The position numbers were made by a program, and so were the translations under genes. Shown one piece after another: positions 1-9,750 of a stretch of 64,000 bases of DNA. The notes under the pieces are model-generated. The model was given only the letters and a program-made list of their open reading frames with translations, had not been told where the DNA came from and made no database searches. The stretch covers positions 1 to 64,000 of IMG/VR virus record IMGVR_UViG_3300042868_005134. One strand, 5' to 3'. Every line of letters begins with the position of its first letter. The stretch's first letter is position 1.

Positions 1-77
1 ATGCCGAACTTGCCGTCAGTAATGGCAGCAAATGCATTTGAGCATACTAACAATAAGGCTAATAATATCTTTTTCAT
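1..77 (-). CDS. Secreted protein, N-terminus only (runs off window); next gene of the curli operon
   Basis: Not in ORF track. ATG at 77 overlaps the FecR-gene stop (ATGA). Reads MKKILLALLLVCSNAFA-AITDGKFG, a Sec signal peptide. Confidence 0.75.
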   Translation of the reverse strand, partial: MKKILLALLLVCSNAFAAITDGKFG

Positions 78-1246
78 CTGAAATTCTGATTGATAACAAT
101 CTGCCCCACTGCTTTACCGCTGCTAAAGTTCCAGCTGTTAGTCTGCATGTCCTGTGTAACAACGACCTGCACCTGTGTATTGATAGGCATAACCACATTG
201 GCATAGTTTCTACTATTAGGGCTTAAACTTTCATACTGCCAACCAACCTGTTGTGTTTCGCTCTTGTCTTTCCACAATTTCTTAACATAGGGATTTTCAG
301 TGTCACTGACTGCGGCTACATCATTAACTAGTGCATCTTTATTTCCAGCTGTATCTAGTCCAATCTTGGTTCTATTCTCAGGATCTTCGTCACCCTCATT
401 GGCACTACGACCCTGCTTTGCCGAACGAGCACCACCGCCTTCTTTGTTGGCAGCTTGTTGTCGTTCTTCTTTAGCATCATCCTTGTCTTCTTTATCTTCT
501 TTCTTGTCTTTGTTATCTGACTTTTTAGCATCGCCTGTGGCCACTGCGGCAGCACGAGCAGCAGCAATAACATTTAGGCCGGTAGTTGTTCGTGGCGGAT
601 TAACCATTAAATTGTTGCCAATGGCCATACCGTTAAGAGCAACGACAACAGCAGGGCTAGGCATGCCATTTAGTGTTTCGACTAAAGTAGCTTGATAAGG
701 ACGATTCAACTTAACGATACCTGCTGGTGTTTCCACATCAATAGCACCACTGCCACAGGTAAGACCTTTAAGGTTTACATTTTGTTCTATTTCACAACGT
801 GGCATCAGCATGATCATGCTGGCGCCGGTTTCGCTCACAGCCATGACAAAGTCAGTGCCACGAACAGCAATGGCCGCTGTGGGTGTGTTGATTTTTACGT
901 TCTTGGGATCTTTGGCTATACTGCCTGACACATAACGAACTGTTCCTGCGGCTGCTTTAAGCCCTAACTTACCCGCGCCGCTTTTAGGATCATATACAAA
1001 ATCGTCAATAACAAGGCTACTGGACTCAGTAACAGTAACATTTGTATCGTCTTTAAAAACAATCTTAACCTTACCGTTCTTGGTTTCAATCTTGTCATTA
1101 ACTTCAATTACTGTGCCTTTGGCAATCTGGATTGTATCCTTGCCGCGCTTGATAATGGCAGTACCGGACGATTCAGTGACCGACCCAATATTTGCCCATG
1201 TAGAGCATGTTATTAATAAGCCGACAGCAAGGATGGCAATTTTCAT
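74..1246 (-). CDS. FecR-domain secreted protein
   Basis: Signal peptide, then FecR-like segment (DKIETKNGKVKIVFKDDTNVTVTESSSLVID...KINTPTAAIAVRGTDF); charged low-complexity linker. Confidence 0.8.
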   Translation of the reverse strand: MKIAILAVGLLITCSTWANIGSVTESSGTAIIKRGKDTIQIAKGTVIEVNDKIETKNGKVKIVFKDDTNVTVTESSSLVIDDFVYDPKSGAGKLGLKAAAGTVRYVSGSIAKDPKNVKINTPTAAIAVRGTDFVMAVSETGASMIMLMPRCEIEQNVNLKGLTCGSGAIDVETPAGIVKLNRPYQATLVETLNGMPSPAVVVALNGMAIGNNLMVNPPRTTTGLNVIAAARAAAVATGDAKKSDNKDKKEDKEDKDDAKEERQQAANKEGGGARSAKQGRSANEGDEDPENRTKIGLDTAGNKDALVNDVAAVSDTENPYVKKLWKDKSETQQVGWQYESLSPNSRNYANVVMPINTQVQVVVTQDMQTNSWNFSSGKAVGQIVINQNFR

Positions 1247-1255
1247 TGCCAGTCC

Positions 1256-2044
1256 TTAGTTCTTCTGTGTTATATTGAACATGCCACTGTTGGACACACT
1301 CTTGATGTTGATAACGCTGTCAATAGTACCAGTTTGACTCAAGGTAAAAGTATTGCTGTTGCCTGTTAAGTCCACCCAAATACTAGAACCAGCGGCACCT
1401 GTTGAGCGTTGGTTGATATCAAATGTATTAGTGTCACCTACCACTTTGATAGTTTGGCTATGCTTGTTACCAATAGCATCGATACGGAATATATTACTGT
1501 CGCCTGTGACATCAACTGCGCTCTTTAGATCATCGCCAGTACCACGGAATTGGAAATCGTTACTGTCGCCAGTGAACTTCCAATTGAAGTCAGCAGCCTT
1601 ACATCCCGATAATGCTGTAGTACCATCGCTGGCATTCCCGTAACCGCAGGCAGCATCAACTCTATTGTTGTCACCAATTTGCTGAATAGTGATGTTAACA
1701 CCTTGTCCAGTTCCGGTGGTGTTGTTTACCGCTTCTAAACTGATTTCATTGTTAACACCAATTTGACGAGTAACGATGGTTTGGTCAATACCACGTAGGT
1801 ATATAGGGCGGCCGCCACTGCCAGCAGCATTGCCTGTGCCGTCTTGTGTCATATTGACATTAGGGTTGTCACCGCTTTGGTCGATAAAAATTTTGTTGGT
1901 TGTAGCAATGGCCAATGCAGCTGTTGCGTTGGGACTAACTGTGACCATGTTTGGAATCACAGGCGCACTTGGTGCTGACACAGCGGTCTGGGCCATTACT
2001 GGAAATGCCGCTGCTAATAATATTGTTATAATTGTTTTTTTCAT
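1256..2044 (-). CDS. Curlin-like (CsgA/CsgB-type) amyloid repeat protein
   Basis: Signal peptide; repeated Q/T-x-G-x-x-N units (IDQSGDN, TQDGTGN, RQIGVNN, QQIGDNN, FTGDSN, VTGDSN, VVGDTN, LTGNSN); adjacent to csgG/csgF. Confidence 0.75.
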   Translation of the reverse strand: MKKTIITILLAAAFPVMAQTAVSAPSAPVIPNMVTVSPNATAALAIATTNKIFIDQSGDNPNVNMTQDGTGNAAGSGGRPIYLRGIDQTIVTRQIGVNNEISLEAVNNTTGTGQGVNITIQQIGDNNRVDAACGYGNASDGTTALSGCKAADFNWKFTGDSNDFQFRGTGDDLKSAVDVTGDSNIFRIDAIGNKHSQTIKVVGDTNTFDINQRSTGAAGSSIWVDLTGNSNTFTLSQTGTIDSVINIKSVSNSGMFNITQKN

Positions 2045-2072
2045 TATATTCTCCTAACCTTGTGGGTTATTT

Positions 2073-3026
2073 TTATTTTGTTGATGTGATTGGGTTTCCG
2101 TTGCCATCAACTGCGTTTGTTGTAACTTGGTTTGATCCCACAGTTTTTCCGCTATCGGACTGCTGTGGTGCGGGTGTAGCTTTGGTTGTGTCCTGGGCCT
2201 TGGTTTGTGTTTGAACCAACTCATTAGGTTTCTCCTTGAATTTCCACAAGCCGTTGCGTTCGCCTTTATTAATCAACTCGATAACTGCTGTTTCAATAGC
2301 TGAACGAAGAGCATAGTTACCTGGTTCGTTGAATGTTTGGCTAGAGTCAAACTCAAATGCTTGAGTAGCTTGGTTGAAAAACTTCAACGCTGTGGCGCCA
2401 TCGGCGGTGCTGAGCAAGTTCTTCTCCACTGTTACTGTGGTTAAGACTTCGCCAGTTTGAACACTGACTAGACGTAAACTGATAACAACCACGTCCTGTG
2501 TGTAGGCAGTCTGTGCTCCGATACCAAATATTCTAGCACCTGTTCCGCCTGTTAGTGTGTTGCTGTTGTAGTCAATGATGCCGCCTTCTAGTATAACGCC
2601 GGCCATCTGTAATGGAGGTAGCATTTTAGCGTTAGCACCGTCATAGATTTCACGAGTCTGTTTAATCATCTGACGCTCTTTTAACAAGTTGTCAAGGCCA
2701 ACACGTTCAACAACTGTGAACCATTGACGATTGCCAACTTCTTGTAAACTTTTCATTAGGTATGCTTCTGCACCCTGTGTAACTGCTGTAGAGAACAAGC
2801 TGAGTGTTGAACTTGGTTTACGCTGTCCTGTTAGGTCTTTAAATCCATACACTGCTACTGTTACTGCTGGGCCTGCTGGTGCGGGCACATTGGCAAAACT
2901 CTTGTTGATAGTGTTTGAAACTGTGGCTTCTTCTTTGATTTTTGTGTTACCCAATGGGCGTACTGTTGAGCAGCCTGCTAGAGCTACTACGGCTAGTGTG
3001 ATTAAGGATAGTTTGATTGCGTTCAT
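2073..3026 (-). CDS. csgG: Curli secretion channel lipoprotein CsgG
   Basis: Lipobox LAGC; VAVYGFKDLTGQRKP, STAVTQGA, WFTVVERVGLDNLLKERQMI, ILEGGIIDY, LRLVSVQTGEVL. Confidence 0.92.
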   Translation of the reverse strand: MNAIKLSLITLAVVALAGCSTVRPLGNTKIKEEATVSNTINKSFANVPAPAGPAVTVAVYGFKDLTGQRKPSSTLSLFSTAVTQGAEAYLMKSLQEVGNRQWFTVVERVGLDNLLKERQMIKQTREIYDGANAKMLPPLQMAGVILEGGIIDYNSNTLTGGTGARIFGIGAQTAYTQDVVVISLRLVSVQTGEVLTTVTVEKNLLSTADGATALKFFNQATQAFEFDSSQTFNEPGNYALRSAIETAVIELINKGERNGLWKFKEKPNELVQTQTKAQDTTKATPAPQQSDSGKTVGSNQVTTNAVDGNGNPITSTK

Positions 3027-3035
3027 ATGTTCTCC

Positions 3036-3515
3036 TTAAAAACTAAAACTGGCAATTGGAACTACTACTGTAGTCACTGTGCCTTTGGCATCCACCACTG
3101 TTAGTGTGACTTTGTCATTGGCTTTTGCCCAAGTAACTGTATTACCATCTAGGGCAAAAGTTCCAGTTGTTGGATTGACACAACCAGGAATTGCTGTGCC
3201 ATCTGCGGCACTACATTTGTTTGTGAATAGGTTGTTGCTTAACTGTGTGGCCAGTTGAGCATATATTTGACTTTGAAACAGACTCATAAATCTATTCAAA
3301 GGAGTGTTTAGCAGTTCTGCTTCTGCTTTGGCAATGGCAGCTTTTTTGTCTGCTTCGATAGCGTCTTTACGTGACTTTTCAATACTGTCAATCGTCAAGA
3401 CGTGGCTGCTGAATCCAATGCCGCTAAAGGCTGGATTTTTAAATTGTTGTACTAGCTCTGCTTGCGACACTGTCGCAATCGCACTTAGACTTAGTGATAC
3501 TAAGATTTTTTTCAT
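3036..3515 (-). CDS. csgF: Curli assembly factor CsgF
   Basis: Signal peptide followed by ELVQQFKNPAFSG (cf. CsgF FQFRNPNFGG); immediately upstream of csgG. Confidence 0.8.
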   Translation of the reverse strand: MKKILVSLSLSAIATVSQAELVQQFKNPAFSGIGFSSHVLTIDSIEKSRKDAIEADKKAAIAKAEAELLNTPLNRFMSLFQSQIYAQLATQLSNNLFTNKCSAADGTAIPGCVNPTTGTFALDGNTVTWAKANDKVTLTVVDAKGTVTTVVVPIASFSF

Positions 3516-3538
3516 CGGTTCGCTCCCGGTTACAAAAG

Positions 3539-3544
3539 TATTTA
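3539..3544 (-). promoter_or_regulatory. TAAATA late-promoter-like motif upstream of curli operon
   Basis: Core of the T4-type late promoter TATAAATA; same motif recurs in about 20 intergenic positions. Confidence 0.55.
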
Positions 3545-3575
3545 ACCGAAAGCTGCGATAGATTAAACTCTACTA

Positions 3576-3947
3576 TTAAAGGATAATTAAAATGTATGCC
3601 ATTGCCATATAGCATACTTGATGGGCTAGTTGATCTAGGCCAAACTGGTTCCAAAACAATGGTTTAGTATTGTCCTTACAACCGTATTTTACTTTTGTGT
3701 AATCGATTGTGTAATGTAGTATACCTTCTACGAACACGATAGGAATGATTAACTGAGCATTAATTGGAAATAATATTGCGAAAACCAGTAAGGCAACCAA
3801 CGAGCACCAGATATGATCCATAGTATGACTTATGCCGATCGGGTCTAACCACACGCCTTTTTTGATAGTTTGCATGTAGGTTTGAATCTTAAAATCAGCG
3901 TACCAGTGCTTGATTTGTAGCAGGGTTAAAAGTGCTAGTATTTCCAT
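3576..3947 (-). CDS. DUF3307-like membrane protein
   Basis: KHWYADFKIQT, H..IDYTK and FGLDQLAHQ motifs; hydrophobic helices. Confidence 0.7.
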   Translation of the reverse strand: MEILALLTLLQIKHWYADFKIQTYMQTIKKGVWLDPIGISHTMDHIWCSLVALLVFAILFPINAQLIIPIVFVEGILHYTIDYTKVKYGCKDNTKPLFWNQFGLDQLAHQVCYMAMAYILIIL

Positions 3948-4000
3948 GTGTTTTTATTTATTAAAACACAGAGGGAGATTTTAGTAAAAAAGGCCAGTTA

Positions 4001-5791
4001 TTAGCTCGAAATTATACTAGCGTTATAGGATGGTGTTGGAGTTTGTTGGGCATCGTTCCAGTTGAATCCACTTGTGATTACAACTGTACCGTTTTGGATT
4101 TTATCTAAGAAATCTGTAGGATCGCCACCTGATCCACGCATAATTGTATAATCTAGTGTAGTAGTGTTTAAAAACATAATATTTTCAACACCGTCTTCTA
4201 AATGGTAACTTACGAAAGAAATAGCAGTTACAGCTTTGTTCATTTCTTCAAAATTAACAGACTTACCGTTCCTAGCAATAGCTTTTCCTATCATACCTTC
4301 TGGAGAATCTATACCTAGTTCTTCCATGTGCTGTTTAACAGCGCCCCAGTTGTTTACAATAGACTTCATCGTGTTAAGAAACAAACCAACTGTTTCTGCA
4401 CGTGTGCTGTGCGGTAGTACTTCGTTGTTTAACGCATCGAAGCCTTTCTTATTCCAGTTATACTTTGACGCAGTTTTACCCGATGAAAGGTTAACCATGT
4501 TCGAACTGTACTGTTTAGACTTAACCGAAACAGGATTGCCTTTTTTATCTGTATTTTGGAATGTAGCAGTGGGAGGAGCGTTCTTTTGTATAAGTTCATC
4601 GATAACTTGACTCCAGATTTTCCAACCTGTTGTTGCTTTACCAATGCCCTTACTATTCAAACGGCCACCGTTCTTTTTACCTGCTTTAATCTCATACATC
4701 TCGCCATTGATTTCCAAGTCGCCGTGCGTTTCGGCTTTTCTAGTTGGGCTACCCATCATAGAAAGAGCCATTTCACCAGGACCTACAGCGCCGGATGTTG
4801 TACCTGGACTGTATTCAAAGATATTGTTTTCAGGTCTTGTAAACAAGTCGAACACATCAGCCCATTGGCCATTTAATGCGTCGCGGATGTTTCCGCGATC
4901 TTGTCCAACTACTGCTGTCATGTCGATAACTTTCTTATCAACACATGCTTTTAAGAAGTTTTTAATTTGATCAGGTGTTACGCTTGTTTCACGCTTGTTA
5001 GCCATTTCAATGATTAAGCCAAACAATGCTTGTCTTAGTGTACTAGTAAACTGCTGTGCGTTAACGATTTTTTTCTTTTGTGCAGCTTTTAACGAGCTAG
5101 TATCGATGCTATCGATAGTTTCACTATAGCCTTGTACACGATCACCTAATACTGTTAAGTAGCCAGCAATGTCTTTTAAGAACTTGTCGGCTTCTTCTTT
5201 TTGCTTCTTGTATAAGTCACGCTCTTCGACTGCCGCTTTAAAGCCTTTAAAAGTAGCTGTAGCACTTTCTAACTGTTGATTAGCAAACTGTAATCCGCGA
5301 TCACGTAATTGTGTTTCTTTTGGTGTTTCGGGCTCAACTGATTCTAAGTAACGAATTTCTTCTTTGATAGTTTCTAAGTTGGCTTTGGCTGCTTCTAACT
5401 GATCTGGAAAATGATATTCGCGTCTTCTGTTATATTTTACACCTTCTGTTACAGGCGCTTCTGGAGCAATCGGTGACACTGCTTGGGCAGGTTGTACTGA
5501 AGCAGGCACTGGTTGTACTGGGGCAGGAGCAGGCACTGGGGCAGGAGCAGGCGCTGGAGCAGACTGAGCCAGAGTAGACTTTGCCCTAAAGTATTCTGTA
5601 AACTTGCCAATACCATCAATAATCTTTTCTAGCGTATCGTTAAATTTAACTAGTCGCTGTCCGTCTTCTTCGGGTATTTTGTCAGTTACTGAAGTTAACA
5701 AGTTTACAGTATGTAAAGCATTGTTTGCTGTTAGTCGAGGGTCTGCGGCAGCTTCGTAAAGGTTGGTGATTTTAAATTCGCGAAATCTCAT
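4001..5791 (-). CDS. Large hypothetical protein with coiled coil and putative PD-(D/E)xK nuclease-like domain
   Basis: N-term MRFREF..LYE; Pro/Ala linker; GPGEMAL...HGDLEINGEMYEIKAG resembles E...D-x(n)-ExK. Confidence 0.5.
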   Translation of the reverse strand: MRFREFKITNLYEAAADPRLTANNALHTVNLLTSVTDKIPEEDGQRLVKFNDTLEKIIDGIGKFTEYFRAKSTLAQSAPAPAPAPVPAPAPVQPVPASVQPAQAVSPIAPEAPVTEGVKYNRRREYHFPDQLEAAKANLETIKEEIRYLESVEPETPKETQLRDRGLQFANQQLESATATFKGFKAAVEERDLYKKQKEEADKFLKDIAGYLTVLGDRVQGYSETIDSIDTSSLKAAQKKKIVNAQQFTSTLRQALFGLIIEMANKRETSVTPDQIKNFLKACVDKKVIDMTAVVGQDRGNIRDALNGQWADVFDLFTRPENNIFEYSPGTTSGAVGPGEMALSMMGSPTRKAETHGDLEINGEMYEIKAGKKNGGRLNSKGIGKATTGWKIWSQVIDELIQKNAPPTATFQNTDKKGNPVSVKSKQYSSNMVNLSSGKTASKYNWNKKGFDALNNEVLPHSTRAETVGLFLNTMKSIVNNWGAVKQHMEELGIDSPEGMIGKAIARNGKSVNFEEMNKAVTAISFVSYHLEDGVENIMFLNTTTLDYTIMRGSGGDPTDFLDKIQNGTVVITSGFNWNDAQQTPTPSYNASIISS

Positions 5792-5801
5792 AGTTTAATA
5801 T

Positions 5802-6482
5802 TTAGCGAATTTCAGGGAACAAGCAGTCCTGAATGAACACTTTTACATCTTCTTCGTTTAGCCCTAGACTAGCCATAACTTTAGGAGTATGCGGATTCTG
5901 CTTTTGATTCTGTGCGTAGAAGTTCTGTGCGTCTTTAGTGCTTTCCACAGTATTATTAGTTTCTGACACAGTGGCAAGGTAATGATTTAAATTCTTACGT
6001 GCCATGGCAAGAATCTGAGTTAGCTCTTCGCCTTCGCTTACATTGCCTGCTGCCACCATGTGTTTGGTAAAAATACGTTGTGCCCAATCGGGTAATGGGC
6101 GTGGCTTGTTCCATTCTAGCTTGCTAGATTCATGTTCGAACCAGTCAATCATAGGATGGGCTGGATCTCCGGCGGGACTGAAATCATGAAAACAACCGGT
6201 AATTTTATTCTTACCTGCTACTACATCAAAGCCAAATATTGGTGCTGGATTGTGTAAGTGCGGAAACACACAGCAATGCATCATCCAAAGACCCCGAGTG
6301 TCTCTAGCATCTACTATGTCAATGTGCGCTCTACGGTAACTGTCGCTTTCCCACACCAAGTTAACCCACCCTGGTTTGTTAAAACGATCCATATTTTTTT
6401 CATGTAATAACCAGCCGCTGTTGTGAAAGGCTATTTCGAAATATTCTTGTACATCTACAAGTGTGTTCCAAACTTGACTCAT
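5802..6482 (-). CDS. pcyX: Ferredoxin-dependent bilin reductase, PcyA/PcyX type
   Basis: RRAHIDIVD, WMMHCCVFP, PIFGFDVVAG, RPLPDWA, QKQNPHT. Asp at the PcyA Glu76 position suggests PcyX. Start revised to 6482 (ATGA overlap with heme oxygenase stop). Confidence 0.8.
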   Translation of the reverse strand: MSQVWNTLVDVQEYFEIAFHNSGWLLHEKNMDRFNKPGWVNLVWESDSYRRAHIDIVDARDTRGLWMMHCCVFPHLHNPAPIFGFDVVAGKNKITGCFHDFSPAGDPAHPMIDWFEHESSKLEWNKPRPLPDWAQRIFTKHMVAAGNVSEGEELTQILAMARKNLNHYLATVSETNNTVESTKDAQNFYAQNQKQNPHTPKVMASLGLNEEDVKVFIQDCLFPEIR

Positions 6483-7018
6483 AATTCTGTGTTCAACGCT
6501 TTCATCAGTTTGATAGCCCACTCGAAAGCCACTCGAGCTTCATCGCCCAGGTCATCTGTGAGTTCTGCTCTAATTGCTGCCTTAAGAGCTTCTGAATCTT
6601 TAAACTGATAAAATCTGCCTTGTCCTGGAACTTTTTTAGCAATTATTTGTCCGCCAAACAAATCGCCCATGTGTCTACAGTACAGGTGAGCCTTGACTAG
6701 ATGTTTACGATCACTGTAGTTGAGTGCTAGTAAATATTGATAGTAATCAATAGTTGCGGGCAACCATTTAAGTTGATGGTTGGGTCCGACTAGTTCAATA
6801 CAATCTTGATAAATTTTATGTGCTCGTTCAATGTCGGGTAAGTTTTTTAACATACCCTGGCTATTTGCAGCTACCTCAATGCCGTTATAAACAAGTGTCA
6901 TTTGCCAAAGATAATTGGCGTATTCTTCTGTTGAAATACTGCCTGTAACTAATTTTTTGGCAAACAGCGTTCGTTCTGCGTCCGTGTGTAAATCTTTTGT
7001 TATGTCTCGTAAGCTCAT
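6479..7018 (-). CDS. hemO: Heme oxygenase
   Basis: LRDITKDLHTDAE (proximal His) and AHLYCRHMGDLFGGQII signature. Confidence 0.9.
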   Translation of the reverse strand: MSLRDITKDLHTDAERTLFAKKLVTGSISTEEYANYLWQMTLVYNGIEVAANSQGMLKNLPDIERAHKIYQDCIELVGPNHQLKWLPATIDYYQYLLALNYSDRKHLVKAHLYCRHMGDLFGGQIIAKKVPGQGRFYQFKDSEALKAAIRAELTDDLGDEARVAFEWAIKLMKALNTEL

Positions 7019-7317
7019 TCTTCCTCCATCTTTATTTGAAGCGGAAAACCGTTGCTTCTTGCGAGTTGTGTTGACTCTACTGCTTTTGCTTCAGCAATTT
7101 CAAAACTGTACACACCAGCAACGCCGCTGCCTGTATTATGTACCTCTATTGTGATTCCTTTAGCAGTTTCCTGAGTGTGCTTGAAGATATCTGTAAGTAT
7201 ACCCACAACAAAATCCATGGGTGTTGTTTCGTCATTTAGTAGTAATACTTTCCAACGTTTAGGTTCATGAATTTTCTGTTTGATTTTTTCATCAATTTGA
7301 ATTTCGGTAGTTGACAT
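7015..7317 (-). CDS. clpS: ATP-dependent Clp protease adaptor ClpS
   Basis: WKVLLLNDETTPMDFVV, EVHNTGSGVAGVYSFEIAEAK, GFPLQ; start revised to MSTTE after GGAG. Confidence 0.92.
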   Translation of the reverse strand: MSTTEIQIDEKIKQKIHEPKRWKVLLLNDETTPMDFVVGILTDIFKHTQETAKGITIEVHNTGSGVAGVYSFEIAEAKAVESTQLARSNGFPLQIKMEEE

Positions 7318-7362
7318 AATATTCTCCAAAAGTGGGAGAGAACAACTCCCCCGGTTTTATAT

Positions 7363-7788
7363 TTACTTGATTTCGATTCTACGAGGCTTAAGAGCTTCTG
7401 GTACAAGACGGTGTATGTCAATTTGTAACATACCGTGTTCTACTTTGGCGCCGCGAACTTCCATATACTCAGCAAGAGTAAATGTCTGTTCAAAGTCACG
7501 AGCTGCCAATCCACGATGTAAGTACTCAACTCCAGCATCTGCGTTGGGTCGATTTTTAATACCACGAATTGTTAATTGGTCCTGATCCACTTCTACAGTA
7601 ACTTCTTCTTTATTGAAGCCTGCCACTGCAACTTCAATAGCATACGTATCGTCGCTATATTTTACAATATTGTGCGGAGGATAGTTACCATTTTGGTGAT
7701 GTGTCGCACTGAAGTAGCGATCAAATCCTACTAGTGCTCTACTTAGTTGGGCAAGGTCTGCCGCGTTGATAGTTCTTAGCTGTGTCAT
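7363..7788 (-). CDS. Small heat-shock protein (Hsp20/IbpA family)
   Basis: NYPPHNIVK, IEVAVAGF, EYLHRGLAARDF, GMLQIDI, KPRRIEIK. Confidence 0.93.
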   Translation of the reverse strand: MTQLRTINAADLAQLSRALVGFDRYFSATHHQNGNYPPHNIVKYSDDTYAIEVAVAGFNKEEVTVEVDQDQLTIRGIKNRPNADAGVEYLHRGLAARDFEQTFTLAEYMEVRGAKVEHGMLQIDIHRLVPEALKPRRIEIK

Positions 7789-7843
7789 AATAATCTCCTT
7801 TGATAAGCAAGAATGAATGAGGGCCTTGTTATAAGCGCCCTCG
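7789..7843 (-). promoter_or_regulatory. ROSE-like RNA thermometer in hsp20 5' UTR
   Basis: 5' hairpin GAGGGC...GCCCUC, then UCUUGCUU-AUCA-AAGGAGA hairpin occluding the SD with a bulged G. Confidence 0.75.
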
Positions 7844-7854
7844 TTTGGTTTTAA

Positions 7855-9750
7855 TTAAGCCTTGTCTTTGACTTCGGTAAACTCTGCGTCTACAATGTTG
7901 TCATCGTTGGGCTTGGGTTGGCTGTCAGCTTGTTCAGCTTTGGCCTTGGCTTCCATTACTGGCATGCCCGCAGTGAATAAATCGCTTGTGGCCTTTTGAA
8001 TGGCTTCAGCGTCATCACCTTGTTTAGCATCCTCTACAGCTTTAATAGCATCTTCGATAGCAGTCTTCTGCTCGTTGGTCAACGAGCTTTCAACTTCTTT
8101 CATATCAGTGCGTAGGCTGTGTACAGATGCTTCCGCTTGGTTACGTGCCTCAATGAGTCCACGTTGTTTCTTGTCAGCTTCAGCGTTAACTTCTGCTTCC
8201 TGAACCATGCGTTCGATTTCTTCCTTGGTAAGTCCACTATCACTCTTGATAGTGATTTTGTTTTCCTTGCCTGTGTTCTTGTCCTTGGCGCTGACATGCA
8301 TGATACCGTTGGCGTCGATGTCGATAGTGACTTCAATTTGCGGTTGTCCTCTACGGCTAGGAGCGATGCCTTCTAGGTTGAACTCACCTAACATTTTATT
8401 GTATTGGAACAGTTCACGTTCACCCTGTGCTACCTTGATAGTAACAGCTGGTTGATTGTCTTCTGCTGTACTGAATGTTTGACTAGCTTTGGTTGGAATA
8501 GTTGTGTTCTTGTTAATCAACTTGGTAAACACGCCACCCATTGTTTCAATACCCAAGCTCAATGGCGTAACGTCTAACAATAACACGTCAGTGCGGTCGC
8601 CTGCTAGTACACTGCCTTGAATGGCTGCGCCTGCGGCAACTGCTTCGTCTGGGTTAACATCACGACGTGGTGCTTTGCCAAACAGTTTCTCAACTGTTTC
8701 TTGTACCTTAGGCATACGTGTCATACCACCAACAAGAATAACTTCATCAATGTCAGAGGCTGTGACGCCTGCGTCACTCATAGCTATCTTACATGGCTTA
8801 ACACTACGCTCGATGAGTTCTTCAACTAGACTTTCTAGTTTAGCACGATTGATCATGATGTTCATGTGCATCGGGCCGCCGGCATTGGCAGTAATGTATG
8901 GAAGATTAACAGCCGTTTGTTGTGTGCTAGACAATTCAATCTTGGCTTTTTCAGCTGACTCTTTCAAACGCTGTAATGCCAACACATCAGTCTTAAGATC
9001 CACACCTGTATCTTTCTTGAACTCGTCAACAAGGAAGTCCATGATACGTTGGTCGAAGTCTTCACCGCCTAGGAATGTATCGCCGTTAGTGCTTAATACT
9101 TCGATCTGTTTGTCGCCATCTACTTCCGCAATCTCAATGATTGATACATCGAATGTACCGCCACCAAGGTCGTAAACAGCAATTTTCCTATCTTTTTTAT
9201 CAGACTTATCAACACCATAACTAAGAGCTGCCGCAGTAGGCTCGTTGATAATACGCAGTACTTCCAAGCCTGCGATTCGGCCAGCATCTTTAGTTGCCTG
9301 ACGTTGACTGTCGTTAAAGTACGCAGGAACTGTGATAACGGCTTGAGTAACTTCATGTCCTAAATAGTCCTCGGCTGTCTTCTTCATCTTGCGAAGAACT
9401 TCAGCACTAATTTGTGGAGGTGCAAGTTGCTCTCCATTTGCTTCGACCCAAGCATCGCCATTGGCTGCTTCTGTAATCTTATAAGGCATAAGCCCTATGT
9501 CTTTTTGTACTGCTTCTTCTTTGAACTTTCGTCCAATGAGACGCTTGGCAGCATAAATTGTGTTTTTGGGGTTTGTAACTGCTTGACGCTTTGCGCTTGC
9601 GCCTACTAGAATTTCATTGTTAGCATAAGCAACAATACTTGGTGTAGTACGTGCGCCTTCGCTATTTTCAATTACTTTTGTAACACCGTTTTCAATAACG
9701 GCTACGCATGAATTTGTGGTACCTAAATCGATACCGATGACTTTGCTCAT
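7855..9750 (-). CDS. dnaK: Chaperone DnaK (Hsp70)
   Basis: [39 protein letters not shown]-terminal DAEFTEVKD. Confidence 0.98.
   Translation of the reverse strand: MSKVIGIDLGTTNSCVAVIENGVTKVIENSEGARTTPSIVAYANNEILVGASAKRQAVTNPKNTIYAAKRLIGRKFKEEAVQKDIGLMPYKITEAANGDAWVEANGEQLAPPQISAEVLRKMKKTAEDYLGHEVTQAVITVPAYFNDSQRQATKDAGRIAGLEVLRIINEPTAAALSYGVDKSDKKDRKIAVYDLGGGTFDVSIIEIAEVDGDKQIEVLSTNGDTFLGGEDFDQRIMDFLVDEFKKDTGVDLKTDVLALQRLKESAEKAKIELSSTQQTAVNLPYITANAGGPMHMNIMINRAKLESLVEELIERSVKPCKIAMSDAGVTASDIDEVILVGGMTRMPKVQETVEKLFGKAPRRDVNPDEAVAAGAAIQGSVLAGDRTDVLLLDVTPLSLGIETMGGVFTKLINKNTTIPTKASQTFSTAEDNQPAVTIKVAQGERELFQYNKMLGEFNLEGIAPSRRGQPQIEVTIDIDANGIMHVSAKDKNTGKENKITIKSDSGLTKEEIERMVQEAEVNAEADKKQRGLIEARNQAEASVHSLRTDMKEVESSLTNEQKTAIEDAIKAVEDAKQGDDAEAIQKATSDLFTAGMPVMEAKAKAEQADSQPKPNDDNIVDAEFTEVKDKA

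Noticed and set aside
5802-7018. Cyanophage assignment from heme oxygenase plus bilin reductase
   Set aside because: Reductase looks PcyX-like, no psbA/hli/cpeT in view, and other host-like genes look proteobacterial
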